Under the pieces are notes generated by a model. That model searched no databases. It worked only from the letters and a program-made list of their open reading frames with translations, and was not told where the DNA came from. Shown here one piece after another: positions 39,188 through 48,282 of a stretch of 64,000 nucleotides of DNA (within the stretch, counting starts at the first letter, position 1; each line of letters starts with the position of its first letter). Source of the DNA: Candidatus Ryanbacteria bacterium CG10_big_fil_rev_8_21_14_0_10_43_42 (GTDB taxonomy: Bacteria; Patescibacteriota; Minisyncoccia; Ryanbacterales; 2-02-FULL-48-12); assembly GCA_002793915.1 (NCBI GenBank), contig PFEF01000008.1, positions 18,159-82,158 of the forward strand. The letters are read 5' to 3'. The position numbers and the translations under genes were made by a program.

Positions 39188-40387
39188 ATGAAAGACGATA
39201 TAAGTAGGCGCATAGACGACCTTCTTGCCCGCGGGGTAGATGAAGTTATAGATAAGGAGCATTTGCGCAACCGGCTTAATGTATCGGCAGGCGGAGGAAA
39301 AGCGCTTCGCGTAAAGCTTGGTATTGATCCAACAAGTCCGCATATTCATCTTGGTCGCGCCGTACAACTCCTTAAGTTACGGGATTTTCAGGAGCTAGGG
39401 CATCAGATCGTATTTATTGTGGGGGATTTCACCGGTGTTATCGGAGATACGAGCGATAAGGAAGTCGAACGCCCTATGCTTGCAAAAGAAAGTGTTGAGA
39501 AGAATATGAAAACATATCTAAAGCAGGTCGGTAGAATACTTGATATGAAGAAGGTAGAGGTGCGGTATAATTCAGAATGGCTTAATAATGTTTCCTACCA
39601 GGAGATTACTCGTCAGGCGAATGTTTTTTCACTGCATGATTTTATCGGACGAAAAAATATAAAAGATCGTTTGGATGCGGGTAAGCGTATATCGCTTAGG
39701 GAACTTCTTTACCCGCTCATGCAGGGGTATGATTCAGTGGTTATAGAGGCGGATGTGGAAATTGGCGGTACTGATCAGCGATTTAATATACTCGCCGGAC
39801 GTACTCTTCAGGAAGAATACGGACAAGAACCGCAGGACATTATAACAAGTAATCTTATCCTGGGCCTTGATGGCAGGAAAATGAGCTCCAGTTGGGGTAA
39901 TACAATTAATATTACGGATGAACCGAATGATATGTACGGAAAAATAATGAGTATGGCGGACGGGCAAATAATCCCCTATTTCGTGCATTGCACGCGCATA
40001 CCGATGAATACCGTAAAAGCATACGAAGAAGATATGAAGAACGCGACTAATCCGCGGGATATAAAAATGATACTCGCGCGTGAAATTACCGCCTTGTATA
40101 ACGGAGAAAAAAAGGCAAAAGAGGCGGAAGAATATTTTACATCCGTATTTCAAAAAAAGGAAATTCCAAAAGATATACATTCTGCACATGTCCATGCGGA
40201 CGAATCAATAGATGTTGTTCTTTTCCGCCTTAAGCTTGCTTCATCAAAAAGTGATGCGCGTCGCCTAATACGGCAGGGAGCCGTATCTTTGGACGGTGAA
40301 AAAATTAGCAAGCCGGAATACATGTTTAAAAGCGGAGGTATTCTTCGGGTGGGGAAACGTCATATGATAAAAGTTATATATCCGTAA
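39188..40387 (+). CDS. tyrS: Tyrosine--tRNA ligase
   Basis: GIDPTSPHIHLG, YPLMQGYD, GGTDQ.FN, KMSSS, S4 domain. Confidence 0.97.
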   Translation: MKDDISRRIDDLLARGVDEVIDKEHLRNRLNVSAGGGKALRVKLGIDPTSPHIHLGRAVQLLKLRDFQELGHQIVFIVGDFTGVIGDTSDKEVERPMLAKESVEKNMKTYLKQVGRILDMKKVEVRYNSEWLNNVSYQEITRQANVFSLHDFIGRKNIKDRLDAGKRISLRELLYPLMQGYDSVVIEADVEIGGTDQRFNILAGRTLQEEYGQEPQDIITSNLILGLDGRKMSSSWGNTINITDEPNDMYGKIMSMADGQIIPYFVHCTRIPMNTVKAYEEDMKNATNPRDIKMILAREITALYNGEKKAKEAEEYFTSVFQKKEIPKDIHSAHVHADESIDVVLFRLKLASSKSDARRLIRQGAVSLDGEKISKPEYMFKSGGILRVGKRHMIKVIYP

Positions 40388-40411
40388 TGGTGTTTACAAT
40401 AGAAAGTTGTT

Positions 40412-40449
40412 AAAAGAAAACCCCGCACATATGTGCGGGGTTTTCTTTT
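40412..40449. terminator. Perfect 38-bp palindrome, bidirectional terminator
   Basis: AAAAGAAAACCCCGCACAT|ATGTGCGGGGTTTTCTTTT. Confidence 0.8.
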
Positions 40450-40463
40450 CAAAATATACGCGC

Positions 40464-40550
40464 TTACTCTTCGTCCTCGTCTTCTTCATCTTCTTCTGTA
40501 ATCTCATCGCCTTCCATCATTTCATCTTCATTTGAGATAAACTCATCCAT
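40464..40550 (-). CDS. Putative 28-aa hyper-acidic microprotein
   Basis: MDEFISNEDEMMEGDEITEEDEEDEDEE*; upstream TTGACA at 40642-40647; terminator directly downstream. Confidence 0.6.
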   Translation of the reverse strand: MDEFISNEDEMMEGDEITEEDEEDEDEE

Positions 40551-40677
40551 AGTATAAATAAATACTATTTCTAGTAAAACGACCGTTGGCGCATCATCAA
40601 TTACGAGACGCTTTATAATAAATAACAAAAAGAAAAACCTCTGTCAACGGGTAAAATATCCTTATTTTTTAACGATA

Positions 40678-41163
40678 TTACGCAGTATGTTTTGTTTTTG
40701 CTGTAGCGGCCGCGGTAAGAGCGATTGCGAGCGCGTCAGCGGCATCATCGGGTTTTGGAATGGCGGGAAGACGCAGTAATTGCGTCACCATATACTGCAT
40801 CTGTTTTTTGTCAGCATTTCCATATCCGCATGTGGCAACCTTTATTTCAAGGGGTTTAAGTTCTACAAAAGGGATGGCATGTATTTGGGAAAGAAGAATA
40901 ATAATACCGCGTGTTTCAGCAACCTTGAGAGCTGTTTTTGCATTTTTAGAAAAAAAGAGCTCTTCCGTAGCGAGAAGATCCGGTTTTTCTTCCTCTATAA
41001 TACGGGTAAGTTCTTTGTAGAGCGCATGGAGTCTTTCCGCATGAGGAAGCGTTTTTGCAGTTTCAATGCATCCGGCACGGATATGGGTGGTGGTCATACC
41101 TTCTCCTAGAATAATACCATACCCCATGCGCCCGAATCCCGGATCAACGCCAAGTATTTTCAC
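40678..41163 (-). CDS. ruvC: Holliday junction resolvase RuvC
   Basis: ILGVDPG, E.LFFSKN, GYGNADKKQ, DDAADALA. Confidence 0.96.
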   Translation of the reverse strand: MKILGVDPGFGRMGYGIILGEGMTTTHIRAGCIETAKTLPHAERLHALYKELTRIIEEEKPDLLATEELFFSKNAKTALKVAETRGIIILLSQIHAIPFVELKPLEIKVATCGYGNADKKQMQYMVTQLLRLPAIPKPDDAADALAIALTAAATAKTKHTA

Positions 41164-41696
41164 GACGAAGGAGCAATGTTGGTAAAGATGCTCTGAATAT
41201 CGTCATGCTCGTCTAATATTTCCACGAGAGTGGCAATTTTTTCCCGAATAACGTCATCCGCTTCTACGGTTGTTTGCGCTATCCATTCGTCATCAGATTT
41301 TTTAAATGCCCACAAGGCACCGCCCGGCGCCATCTTAGTATCATGATCCGAAAGAATTTTACGAATTTCTGAAAAGGTGCGGTTATTGTTGTCCGTTATA
41401 CCCTCGATAATTATAGCAACACCACCCGGACCAAATGCTTCGTAGGTTACCTGCTGTAATGTATCGGCGGACATACTGGCTTTTGCAATAGCTCGCTCGA
41501 TCGTATCTTTAGGCATATTCACCATTTGTGCTTTTTCGATGGCCGTGCGGAGTGCCGGATTCATATCCGGATTCGGTCCCTTTTCTTTTGCGGCTATGGT
41601 AATAACACGGGAGAGTTTGCCAAAATTGGCGCTTCGCTGTGCGTCTTTAGCGCCCTTTTTATGTTTAATGTTTGCCCATTTTGAATGTCCTGACAT
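41160..41696 (-). CDS. yebC: YebC/PmpR family protein (short form)
   Basis: MSGHSKWANIKHKKG, YEAFGPGG, TDNNNRT, DDIQ.IFTN. Confidence 0.93.
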   Translation of the reverse strand: MSGHSKWANIKHKKGAKDAQRSANFGKLSRVITIAAKEKGPNPDMNPALRTAIEKAQMVNMPKDTIERAIAKASMSADTLQQVTYEAFGPGGVAIIIEGITDNNNRTFSEIRKILSDHDTKMAPGGALWAFKKSDDEWIAQTTVEADDVIREKIATLVEILDEHDDIQSIFTNIAPSS

Positions 41697-41720
41697 ACGT
41701 TTTTAATTTTACCATTATAA

Positions 41721-42248
41721 TTATTCATTCGTTTCTTTATGAATCTTACGGGAATATTTGAGTATAAGATCCTTAGCCTCATGTAAGTGCGGAATTTCAT
41801 GAACAACAAAGCTTTTTTCTCCGGCCGTTTGAATGGTCATGTTCCCGAAATCAAACATGGTTGGAATAAATCCGGGAGTTTCCACGGTAACATCTTGTAC
41901 GCGCTCTATCAAGAATTCCGAAGTTTCACGACTGAAAAGACCACGCTGTTCCAGATCGATAATACGTTTATCGGTAATAACCCACACATCCAAATAATAA
42001 TTAATCCAGGATGTAAATAAAAACGCAACCGTAAAAAGAACATATAAAGTGAACAAAAGCCGTCCGAGCGGAATAACAATATCTTCACCGATATAAGGGG
42101 TAAGAAAAACACGGAGTAGAAAAATAAAAAATCCGCACACCAAAAAACCCAAAATAGCGGCAATATCTTTGGCAAGAGAAAACCAATGGCGATGGATTAC
42201 CAGAAGTACTTGTTCGTTTGCATCAAGATGAAGAGGTTTTATAGGCAT
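41721..42248 (-). CDS. Membrane protein with bacterial PH (bPH_2) domain
   Basis: Two TM helices; ITDKRIID.EQ.GLF, VQDV, FGN..IQTAG. Confidence 0.85.
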   Translation of the reverse strand: MPIKPLHLDANEQVLLVIHRHWFSLAKDIAAILGFLVCGFFIFLLRVFLTPYIGEDIVIPLGRLLFTLYVLFTVAFLFTSWINYYLDVWVITDKRIIDLEQRGLFSRETSEFLIERVQDVTVETPGFIPTMFDFGNMTIQTAGEKSFVVHEIPHLHEAKDLILKYSRKIHKETNE

Positions 42249-42270
42249 AATGAGGTGTGTTTTCTTTATA

Positions 42271-42483
42271 TCACAGTAATGAAAGATCATTCCATGGTAC
42301 GCGCAGAAAGAATATGATGGAGAGGATAATTAATATTCCTGAAACAACAATAAACGGCATAATAAAGTTATGTGTGGGATCTTTTTCAATCACATACGTA
42401 CGTACATGATAAATAAGGGCAGCGGCAAACGCGATATATCCGCCCAATATAAGAAGAAAAATAATAAGACTTATAATAACCAT
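42271..42483 (-). CDS. Small two-TM membrane protein
   Basis: Hydrophobic hairpin; in operon with ruvB. Confidence 0.65.
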   Translation of the reverse strand: MVIISLIIFLLILGGYIAFAAALIYHVRTYVIEKDPTHNFIMPFIVVSGILIILSIIFFLRVPWNDLSLL

Positions 42484-42497
42484 GGTGCGTATAAGGC

Positions 42498-43529
42498 CTA
42501 TAAAAGCTTTTTTTGATGTTCTTCCGGCATATGCACACCCATGTGATCGTATGCTCGTGCGGTGGCGATGCGTCCGCGGGGCGTGCGTTCTAAAAACCCG
42601 AGCTGTAAGAGGTAGGGTTCGTGTACGTCCTCTATGGTCTCTATTTCTTCGGCAGTAGAGGCGGCAAGCGTTTGTACCCCAACGGGACCGCCACGATATT
42701 TTTCGATAATGGCGGTTAAAATGCGCCGATCACTCGTATCAAGTCCCAGTCCGTCTATTTCAAGAAGTTGAAGAGCGGCGGTACTCATCTCGGATGAGAT
42801 GGTGCCGGTTCCCCGCACCTCGGCGTAATCACGGCATCGTTTCAGTAGGCGATTTGCGACGCGCGGTGTAAACCTGCTTCGACGCGCAATTTCATGCGTA
42901 GCATCTGCGTCAATGGGAACGGAAAGAATATTTGCTGAACGGGTAATAATGCGTTCAATGTCATTTTCCGTATAAAAATTAAGACGAAATACACCTCCGG
43001 CAAAACGAGAGCGAAGCGGGGATGATAAAAGCGCAATACGGGTAGTTGCGGCAAGAAGAGTAAAAGGGGGTAGATCAAGCTGAATGACGCGTGCGGAGGG
43101 CCCTTTCCCGAGAACAATATCAAGAGAGCGTGATTCCATGGCAGGGTAGAGAATTTCTTCTACGAGCTTATTTAATCGGTGAACCTCGTCTATAAATAAA
43201 ATATCTCCGGGGGATAGATTGGTAAGAATAGAAGCAAGATCCCCAACGCGTTCAATGGCAGGGCCGGATGTTATGCGAATTTGCGAACCCATTTCTTTTG
43301 CAATAAGATGAGCAAGTGTTGTCTTACCAAGTCCGGGCGGACCGTAAAACAACGCATGCTCCATGGGTTCTCCACGTTTCTTAGCCGCTTCTATAAATAT
43401 AGAAAGATTTTCTTTTATGGTGCTTTGACCAATATAATCATCCCATGTTTGCGGACGCAGTGTCATATCGAGTGATTTGTCGTCGCGTTCACCGGCGGGA
43501 GTGAGAATATGTTCGTTTTTTAGTTCCAT
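42498..43529 (-). CDS. ruvB: Holliday junction helicase RuvB
   Basis: LRP...DYIGQ, GPPGLGKTTLA, FIDEVHRL, EPYLLQ.GF..RTPRGR. Confidence 0.98.
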   Translation of the reverse strand: MELKNEHILTPAGERDDKSLDMTLRPQTWDDYIGQSTIKENLSIFIEAAKKRGEPMEHALFYGPPGLGKTTLAHLIAKEMGSQIRITSGPAIERVGDLASILTNLSPGDILFIDEVHRLNKLVEEILYPAMESRSLDIVLGKGPSARVIQLDLPPFTLLAATTRIALLSSPLRSRFAGGVFRLNFYTENDIERIITRSANILSVPIDADATHEIARRSRFTPRVANRLLKRCRDYAEVRGTGTISSEMSTAALQLLEIDGLGLDTSDRRILTAIIEKYRGGPVGVQTLAASTAEEIETIEDVHEPYLLQLGFLERTPRGRIATARAYDHMGVHMPEEHQKKLL

Positions 43530-43611
43530 AATGAGTGAAGATATAGATTTATTTTGCGTGTCTTTTTATAGCGGGAACAGAGGTACATAAAATGTCGATA
43601 AAAGTAGGGGG

Positions 43612-43640
43612 TTGACTTTTCTTTTTAAATCTGTTATAAA
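43612..43640 (+). promoter_or_regulatory. Sigma-70 promoter for the ncRNA
   Basis: TTGACT-17-TATAAA with extended TG. Confidence 0.7.
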
Positions 43641-43669
43641 CTCTAAGAACAGCAAACAGCCAAAAAGGC

Positions 43670-43847
43670 GGTTTTTCTTTGGAAGCCTCCAGACAATTAA
43701 GGCCTATACACCTTACCTGGATCCTTTTGTTGCGGATATTCTGGTCGTCGCGTTTACGTGCCGTAGCTGGGGTACTCCCACGTTGGATTCTAAGTCCTTT
43801 GTACCTATGCGGGGACAATTGTCCGGAGGCTTTCGAAGAAAAAAACT
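43670..43847 (+). ncRNA. 6S-RNA-like rod-shaped ncRNA
   Basis: ~27-bp closing stem (TTTTCTTTGGAAGCCTCCAGACAATT / AATTGTCCGGAGGCTTTCGAAGAAAA), central bubble, GU-rich inner stem, ~180 nt, own promoter. Confidence 0.65.
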
Positions 43848-43848
43848 A

Positions 43849-45522
43849 CTATTCTCCCGTAACGCGTTCCACTTCCGAAATGCTCGTAATTCCCGCGAGC
43901 ATTTTTAGTATACCATCCTGTTGCATGGTGAGCATGCCTTGTTTTTCTGCCGCTTCCCGTACGTCCGCTTCGGATGGTCGTTCAAGAATAAGATGCTCTA
44001 TTTCATCATTAATACGAAATACCTCGAAAATGCCAATGCGTCCCGTGTATCCCGTATTATTACATGAGGCACATCCCTTAGCACGCCATATTGTCGCACC
44101 GGAAAGAGGAGGTGTGGTGTAGGGTTTAGGTAGTTCTCGTACCATTTCTTTTACACTCGCAAGCTCCTCGCCTTCAAGAATATACCCCTCTTTGCAATGT
44201 TCGCATAAACGACGGACCAGCCGCTGTGCCATGGCTATGTTAATGGCAGGGGCGATAATACTGGGATCTACTTCAAGATCAATTAGGCGCGGTATGGTTC
44301 CCGGCGCATTATTGGTGTGTAGTGTGGAGAATACGAGGTGTCCGGTAAGGGCGGCATGCATAGCAATCTCCGCCGTATCACGGTCGCGGATTTCTCCCAC
44401 GAGAATAATATCGGGATCCTGGCGTAAAATAGATCGAAGGCCGTTGTTGAAATCATATCCTTTTTCGGTATTAACCTGTGTCTGATTAACACCGGTAAGA
44501 TGATATTCAATAGGGTCCTCGATAGTGATAATATTTATGTTCGTATTGTTTACTTCTCGAAGAAAGGAATAAAGAGTGGTTGTTTTTCCGGAACCGGTAG
44601 GACCGGTTGTGAGAATCATGCCATTGGGTTTTTTAAGCTCTTCTTCGACAAGTATGCGAACCGGATCTTGCATTCCTAAATCCTTAAGACCAATATCTAT
44701 TGTCTTCGGATTTAAAAGACGCATTACAATTGATTCCCCGTGAGGTCCCGGCAGAGTAGAGGTACGGACTTCTATATCAATATCATCCGTACGAATGGTA
44801 AATCGTCCGTCTTGTGCGCGATTTTTTATATTAAGCTTAATGCCGGACAGCAGTTTAATGCGTGAAAGGAGAAGAAGGTAAATACGCTCCGAGAAAAAAG
44901 TAACGTCTTCCAGTACGCCATCAATACGTACGCGAAGACGTGTTTCTTTTTCTTCGGCCTCAATATGAATATCCGATGTCCCCAGGTTAAGAGCTCCTTG
45001 TAAAAGCACTTCAAGTGTTCCGCTCGTTTTACGGTCTTCTTTTGCTTCAAGAAGGGGTGATAGGGTATTGGTAAGATCGGCAAGACTTCTTATGGTACGA
45101 GCCGCTTTGGTGATGTCGGACGTAGCGCGGAGTTCAACAACACCCTCTTCAACCGCTTTAACGGTTGATACTTCTTTATATTTTTCCCACGCCTTTTCCA
45201 GGCTGTGTGTGGAAACCAAAAAAAGTTGTGGTATGTAGCGTTTTCGTTTTAAGTCTTCCAAAAGAGCCTGTGCGGAATCATGATTAGGTGCACGCAAGCC
45301 GATTTTTATATTGCGTCCGACTATCTGAATAACGGCAAGTCCCGCATCTCGTGCGATGGATTCGGGAATAACGGCGAGTGAATCAGTATCAATAGATATA
45401 GTATCCAAATTTAAATAAGGGATGCCGTATTTTTCGGCAAGCATGCGTGCGAGATCTTCCCCTTCTTTTATGTGAAGCTCGCGCAGGTGCTCATCTACTT
45501 CATCTTCGCTAAATTCTGTCAT
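43849..45522 (-). CDS. pilB: Type IV pilus assembly ATPase PilB/GspE
   Basis: SDIHIE, QDGRF, GPTGSGKTTTLY, TIEDPIEY, LRQDPD, TGHLV.STLHTN, CxxC pair. Confidence 0.9.
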   Translation of the reverse strand: MTEFSEDEVDEHLRELHIKEGEDLARMLAEKYGIPYLNLDTISIDTDSLAVIPESIARDAGLAVIQIVGRNIKIGLRAPNHDSAQALLEDLKRKRYIPQLFLVSTHSLEKAWEKYKEVSTVKAVEEGVVELRATSDITKAARTIRSLADLTNTLSPLLEAKEDRKTSGTLEVLLQGALNLGTSDIHIEAEEKETRLRVRIDGVLEDVTFFSERIYLLLLSRIKLLSGIKLNIKNRAQDGRFTIRTDDIDIEVRTSTLPGPHGESIVMRLLNPKTIDIGLKDLGMQDPVRILVEEELKKPNGMILTTGPTGSGKTTTLYSFLREVNNTNINIITIEDPIEYHLTGVNQTQVNTEKGYDFNNGLRSILRQDPDIILVGEIRDRDTAEIAMHAALTGHLVFSTLHTNNAPGTIPRLIDLEVDPSIIAPAINIAMAQRLVRRLCEHCKEGYILEGEELASVKEMVRELPKPYTTPPLSGATIWRAKGCASCNNTGYTGRIGIFEVFRINDEIEHLILERPSEADVREAAEKQGMLTMQQDGILKMLAGITSISEVERVTGE

Positions 45523-45604
45523 AGAGAAAGTATATCATTTGTCATTCCGTTCTTGAAACAAATTTTCTCGAAGATAATCCGGGAAATGCCATACGCACAG
45601 GTAT

Positions 45605-46519
45605 TTATAAGACGTTTTTTAAGAGTTTTCGTATTTCTATCTCCGCCTCGCTGAAAGTCGTGTATGATTCCAGAATAAGATATCCGTTTGTAAGAGGCGT
45701 TTTCGCTTCAAGAGAAATAATACGAAGCATCTCCCGATCAGATCCATATATAAGCACCTTTATATGATCTTGTTGCTTGGTTTTCATTTCTTCCTGCCAT
45801 AAAACAATAGCCATAGAGGGAAGAGTTATAATGGTGCTCATATGTTCTACCAGCGAAGGAAGAATTGACGGTTTTGTTTCCGTTTTTTCAAAATCTTCTT
45901 TTGGGAGAAATGCCCACAGTACATCAATATCTTCATCAGTATGGGAACGTAACAGTGCGCGCCCTAAAAGTTTCATGTGAGCTTCATTCCAGGGGAATAA
46001 TGCCTTTTCTTTAACGTCTACTGCGGGAGGGGATGTGTACGTATGCTTTATGTGTGAACGGGAGAGGTTAAGGATAACGCGCTCATTCTTAAACGGCGCA
46101 TCATGCGTAAGAGTATTCGATAAATCTTTTTCGTCGGCAAATCCAAACGCCACAATGGCGTCACATGCCGGATAATGTTCCTCGAGATCAAAAGACTCTT
46201 TTGTTATGGGATGGTCCGGAGAAAGAAAAATACGTAAATGCCCATTTTGTTTTTCATACCGAAGTTCGCCTATGGGATTTTCTTCAATATTAAAAGAAAG
46301 CGCGACTTCTTTTTTAATTCCTTTTTCGGGAAAAAGATTCGCCCAACGTTTTTGCACAGCGGATGGCATATTCATTATATGCGCCCTATCATTAAGTCGC
46401 TCCTTGAGAGCATGAGCCGCAAGTACGTCGGTATCTTCCGATTCACTGCCAAGTAAAATACCTACGCGCTCAGATTTTGTAATAGTATCCAATAAAGATG
46501 ATATATCACCATTTTCCAT
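45605..46519 (-). CDS. Degenerate DHH-family (NrnA-like) protein
   Basis: DHH-like layout (I..SERVGIL...D.D.LA) but ILNLSRSH where I.IDHH is expected. Confidence 0.55.
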   Translation of the reverse strand: MENGDISSLLDTITKSERVGILLGSESEDTDVLAAHALKERLNDRAHIMNMPSAVQKRWANLFPEKGIKKEVALSFNIEENPIGELRYEKQNGHLRIFLSPDHPITKESFDLEEHYPACDAIVAFGFADEKDLSNTLTHDAPFKNERVILNLSRSHIKHTYTSPPAVDVKEKALFPWNEAHMKLLGRALLRSHTDEDIDVLWAFLPKEDFEKTETKPSILPSLVEHMSTIITLPSMAIVLWQEEMKTKQQDHIKVLIYGSDREMLRIISLEAKTPLTNGYLILESYTTFSEAEIEIRKLLKNVL

Positions 46520-46620
46520 GCTTCATTCCTAGCATAAGAGGAAAGCGAGCGCACTATTGACTTTTTATATATTTAACAGTATAATGATAAAAATCTATTC
46601 TCGTTAAAAAAGGGGATTAT

Positions 46621-47388
46621 ATGGCAATAAAGAACATCGCTTTTTTGGTAGCCCTAATCTTTTTATTTGGTTCGGTAGACGTTTCTGAGGCTGGTGGTCG
46701 TAGGAGGCGCAATAATAGCGGTCGTACAGCAGCATTTGCCACTATTGGTACGGTGCTAGGTATGGGATTATTGCTTCGTTTTTTTAACAACAATAAACGA
46801 GAAGAAACGGAACGCCTTGCTATCAAAAAGGAATACGAAATGCAGGGCAAACAAGCGGAGCTGAATGCAGCGCTTGCCGCACCTAACGCACTGGGAGACA
46901 ATAGAGAAACGTCCACTGTTGACCAAACGCTTCCGGGTCGCACGATTTTACACGCGCCGTTTCGGACGGCATCACCCAATCCTATTCCGCGGAACGATGG
47001 AAGTTTGTTGCGAGATAAAAAGAGGCGAGAATTCCATCAGAAAGCGCCGAAGTTTATTCCTCCACCACCTCCACCGGCAAAAGGGGAATTTAGGACGGAG
47101 CCGGCTCATTATGTGCAAGCCTCGCTTGGCGAGCGCAAGAGAAAGCCACAACTTCCTCGTATTGATACTTTGCACCAGCTTCGTGCAGAGCTGCCTCTTA
47201 CGGATGAGTATAGAAACGCGCGCCTTGCGCTTTCTATGGGCATTGAAGAGGTAAGTGATCCGAATCGTGCGGCGTATAGCAAAAGTGAACTTCGTGCCGT
47301 TCTTGGAAATCTTAAGGAACTACAAGAACGTAGGCGTAGCCGCGCCCTCGACGATCTTGTAATGTATCTTTTATGGGCGGTTAGATAG
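46621..47388 (+). CDS. Orphan secreted/membrane protein, Arg/Pro-rich
   Basis: Signal peptide ending VSEA; TTGACT-17-TATAAT promoter at 46557. Confidence 0.7.
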   Translation: MAIKNIAFLVALIFLFGSVDVSEAGGRRRRNNSGRTAAFATIGTVLGMGLLLRFFNNNKREETERLAIKKEYEMQGKQAELNAALAAPNALGDNRETSTVDQTLPGRTILHAPFRTASPNPIPRNDGSLLRDKKRREFHQKAPKFIPPPPPPAKGEFRTEPAHYVQASLGERKRKPQLPRIDTLHQLRAELPLTDEYRNARLALSMGIEEVSDPNRAAYSKSELRAVLGNLKELQERRRSRALDDLVMYLLWAVR

Positions 47389-47396
47389 GAGGATTA

Positions 47397-47693
47397 GTGA
47401 AGATAGTACTTTTGATTGCAATTATCATATTATCTGGGATATCATCGGTATCGGAAGCGCGATACTATAACAGGAGTTATAGGTCACGGTATTATAATAA
47501 TTATCATTATAACGATAATTATTATAATAGATATCGATATAGGCACTGGAATGGGTGGTATGGACGCAACAATTATAACTATTGTTGCGATAGTGATAAA
47601 AGTACTGTCGAAACCGGACGAGAACGGTTTCGACAAAAAACCATTATCGAGAAAAAACCGGACGGATCATTCCGGTATGAAAATTCTCGATAA
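47397..47693 (+). CDS. Orphan secreted Tyr/Asn/Arg-rich peptide
   Basis: SD AGGAGG with GTG start; signal peptide ending VSEA; low-complexity YYN tract. Confidence 0.65.
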   Translation: MKIVLLIAIIILSGISSVSEARYYNRSYRSRYYNNYHYNDNYYNRYRYRHWNGWYGRNNYNYCCDSDKSTVETGRERFRQKTIIEKKPDGSFRYENSR

Positions 47694-47711
47694 AACATGT
47701 TCCTTCATTTT

Positions 47712-47745
47712 AAGCGACATCAAAACAGGTGTCGCTTTTTTCTTT
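47712..47745 (+). terminator. Intrinsic terminator
   Basis: AAGCGACA/TGTCGCTT stem plus T-run. Confidence 0.7.
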
Positions 47746-47787
47746 ACCCGCTTTATATATGGCGTATATCTGCTACTATGCGTGCAT

Positions 47788-48270
47788 ATGGAATCAAAAG
47801 AATTTACCTCCCATTCAGAGGATGAAACAAAGGCCATTGCCCGTTCTATAGCGAAGGAACTTATGAATAATCCGCTAGAGGGAGCGGGAGCGTTGGTGGT
47901 GGCTCTTACCGGAAATCTGGGCGGCGGAAAAACAACGTTTACGCAGGGATTCGCTGAAGGTTTTGGTATTACGGAAACCGTTTTAAGTCCTACTTTTATC
48001 CTTATGAACACATACCCCATTCCTCTGTATACAACAACAAAAACACAACACGAATCCTTTAAAAATCTGGTGCATATCGATGCATACCGTCTGGACACCT
48101 CTATGCAGTTACACGCCCTTGGTTGGGAGGATATAATGAAAAGTATCCATAATATTGTTTTGATTGAATGGGCTGATAGAGCGCGAAAACTATTACCGGA
48201 ACGGTATGTGGAGATACAATTTGAGGTTATTCATGAAAAAACAAGACGTATATTACTTAAGATATTATAA
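47788..48270 (+). CDS. tsaE: tRNA threonylcarbamoyladenosine biosynthesis ATPase TsaE
   Basis: L.GNLGGGKTTF, SPTF, HIDAYRL, IEWAD; start refined to 47788. Confidence 0.95.
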   Translation: MESKEFTSHSEDETKAIARSIAKELMNNPLEGAGALVVALTGNLGGGKTTFTQGFAEGFGITETVLSPTFILMNTYPIPLYTTTKTQHESFKNLVHIDAYRLDTSMQLHALGWEDIMKSIHNIVLIEWADRARKLLPERYVEIQFEVIHEKTRRILLKIL

Positions 48271-48282
48271 TACTTCTTACTA

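Noticed and set aside
40412-40449. Perfect palindrome as a mobile-element end or protelomerase site
   Set aside because: GC stem with A/T tails between convergent genes fits an ordinary bidirectional terminator.
43549-43908. ORFs 43549..43818(-) and 43612..43908(+)
   Set aside because: Non-ATG starts and no motifs; the region is better explained by a promoter plus a long base-paired RNA.
47416-47787. Long N-terminal extension of TsaE (poly-Ile ORF)
   Set aside because: Alternative-frame read of the Tyr/Asn-rich gene and it crosses a terminator; the real start is 47788.
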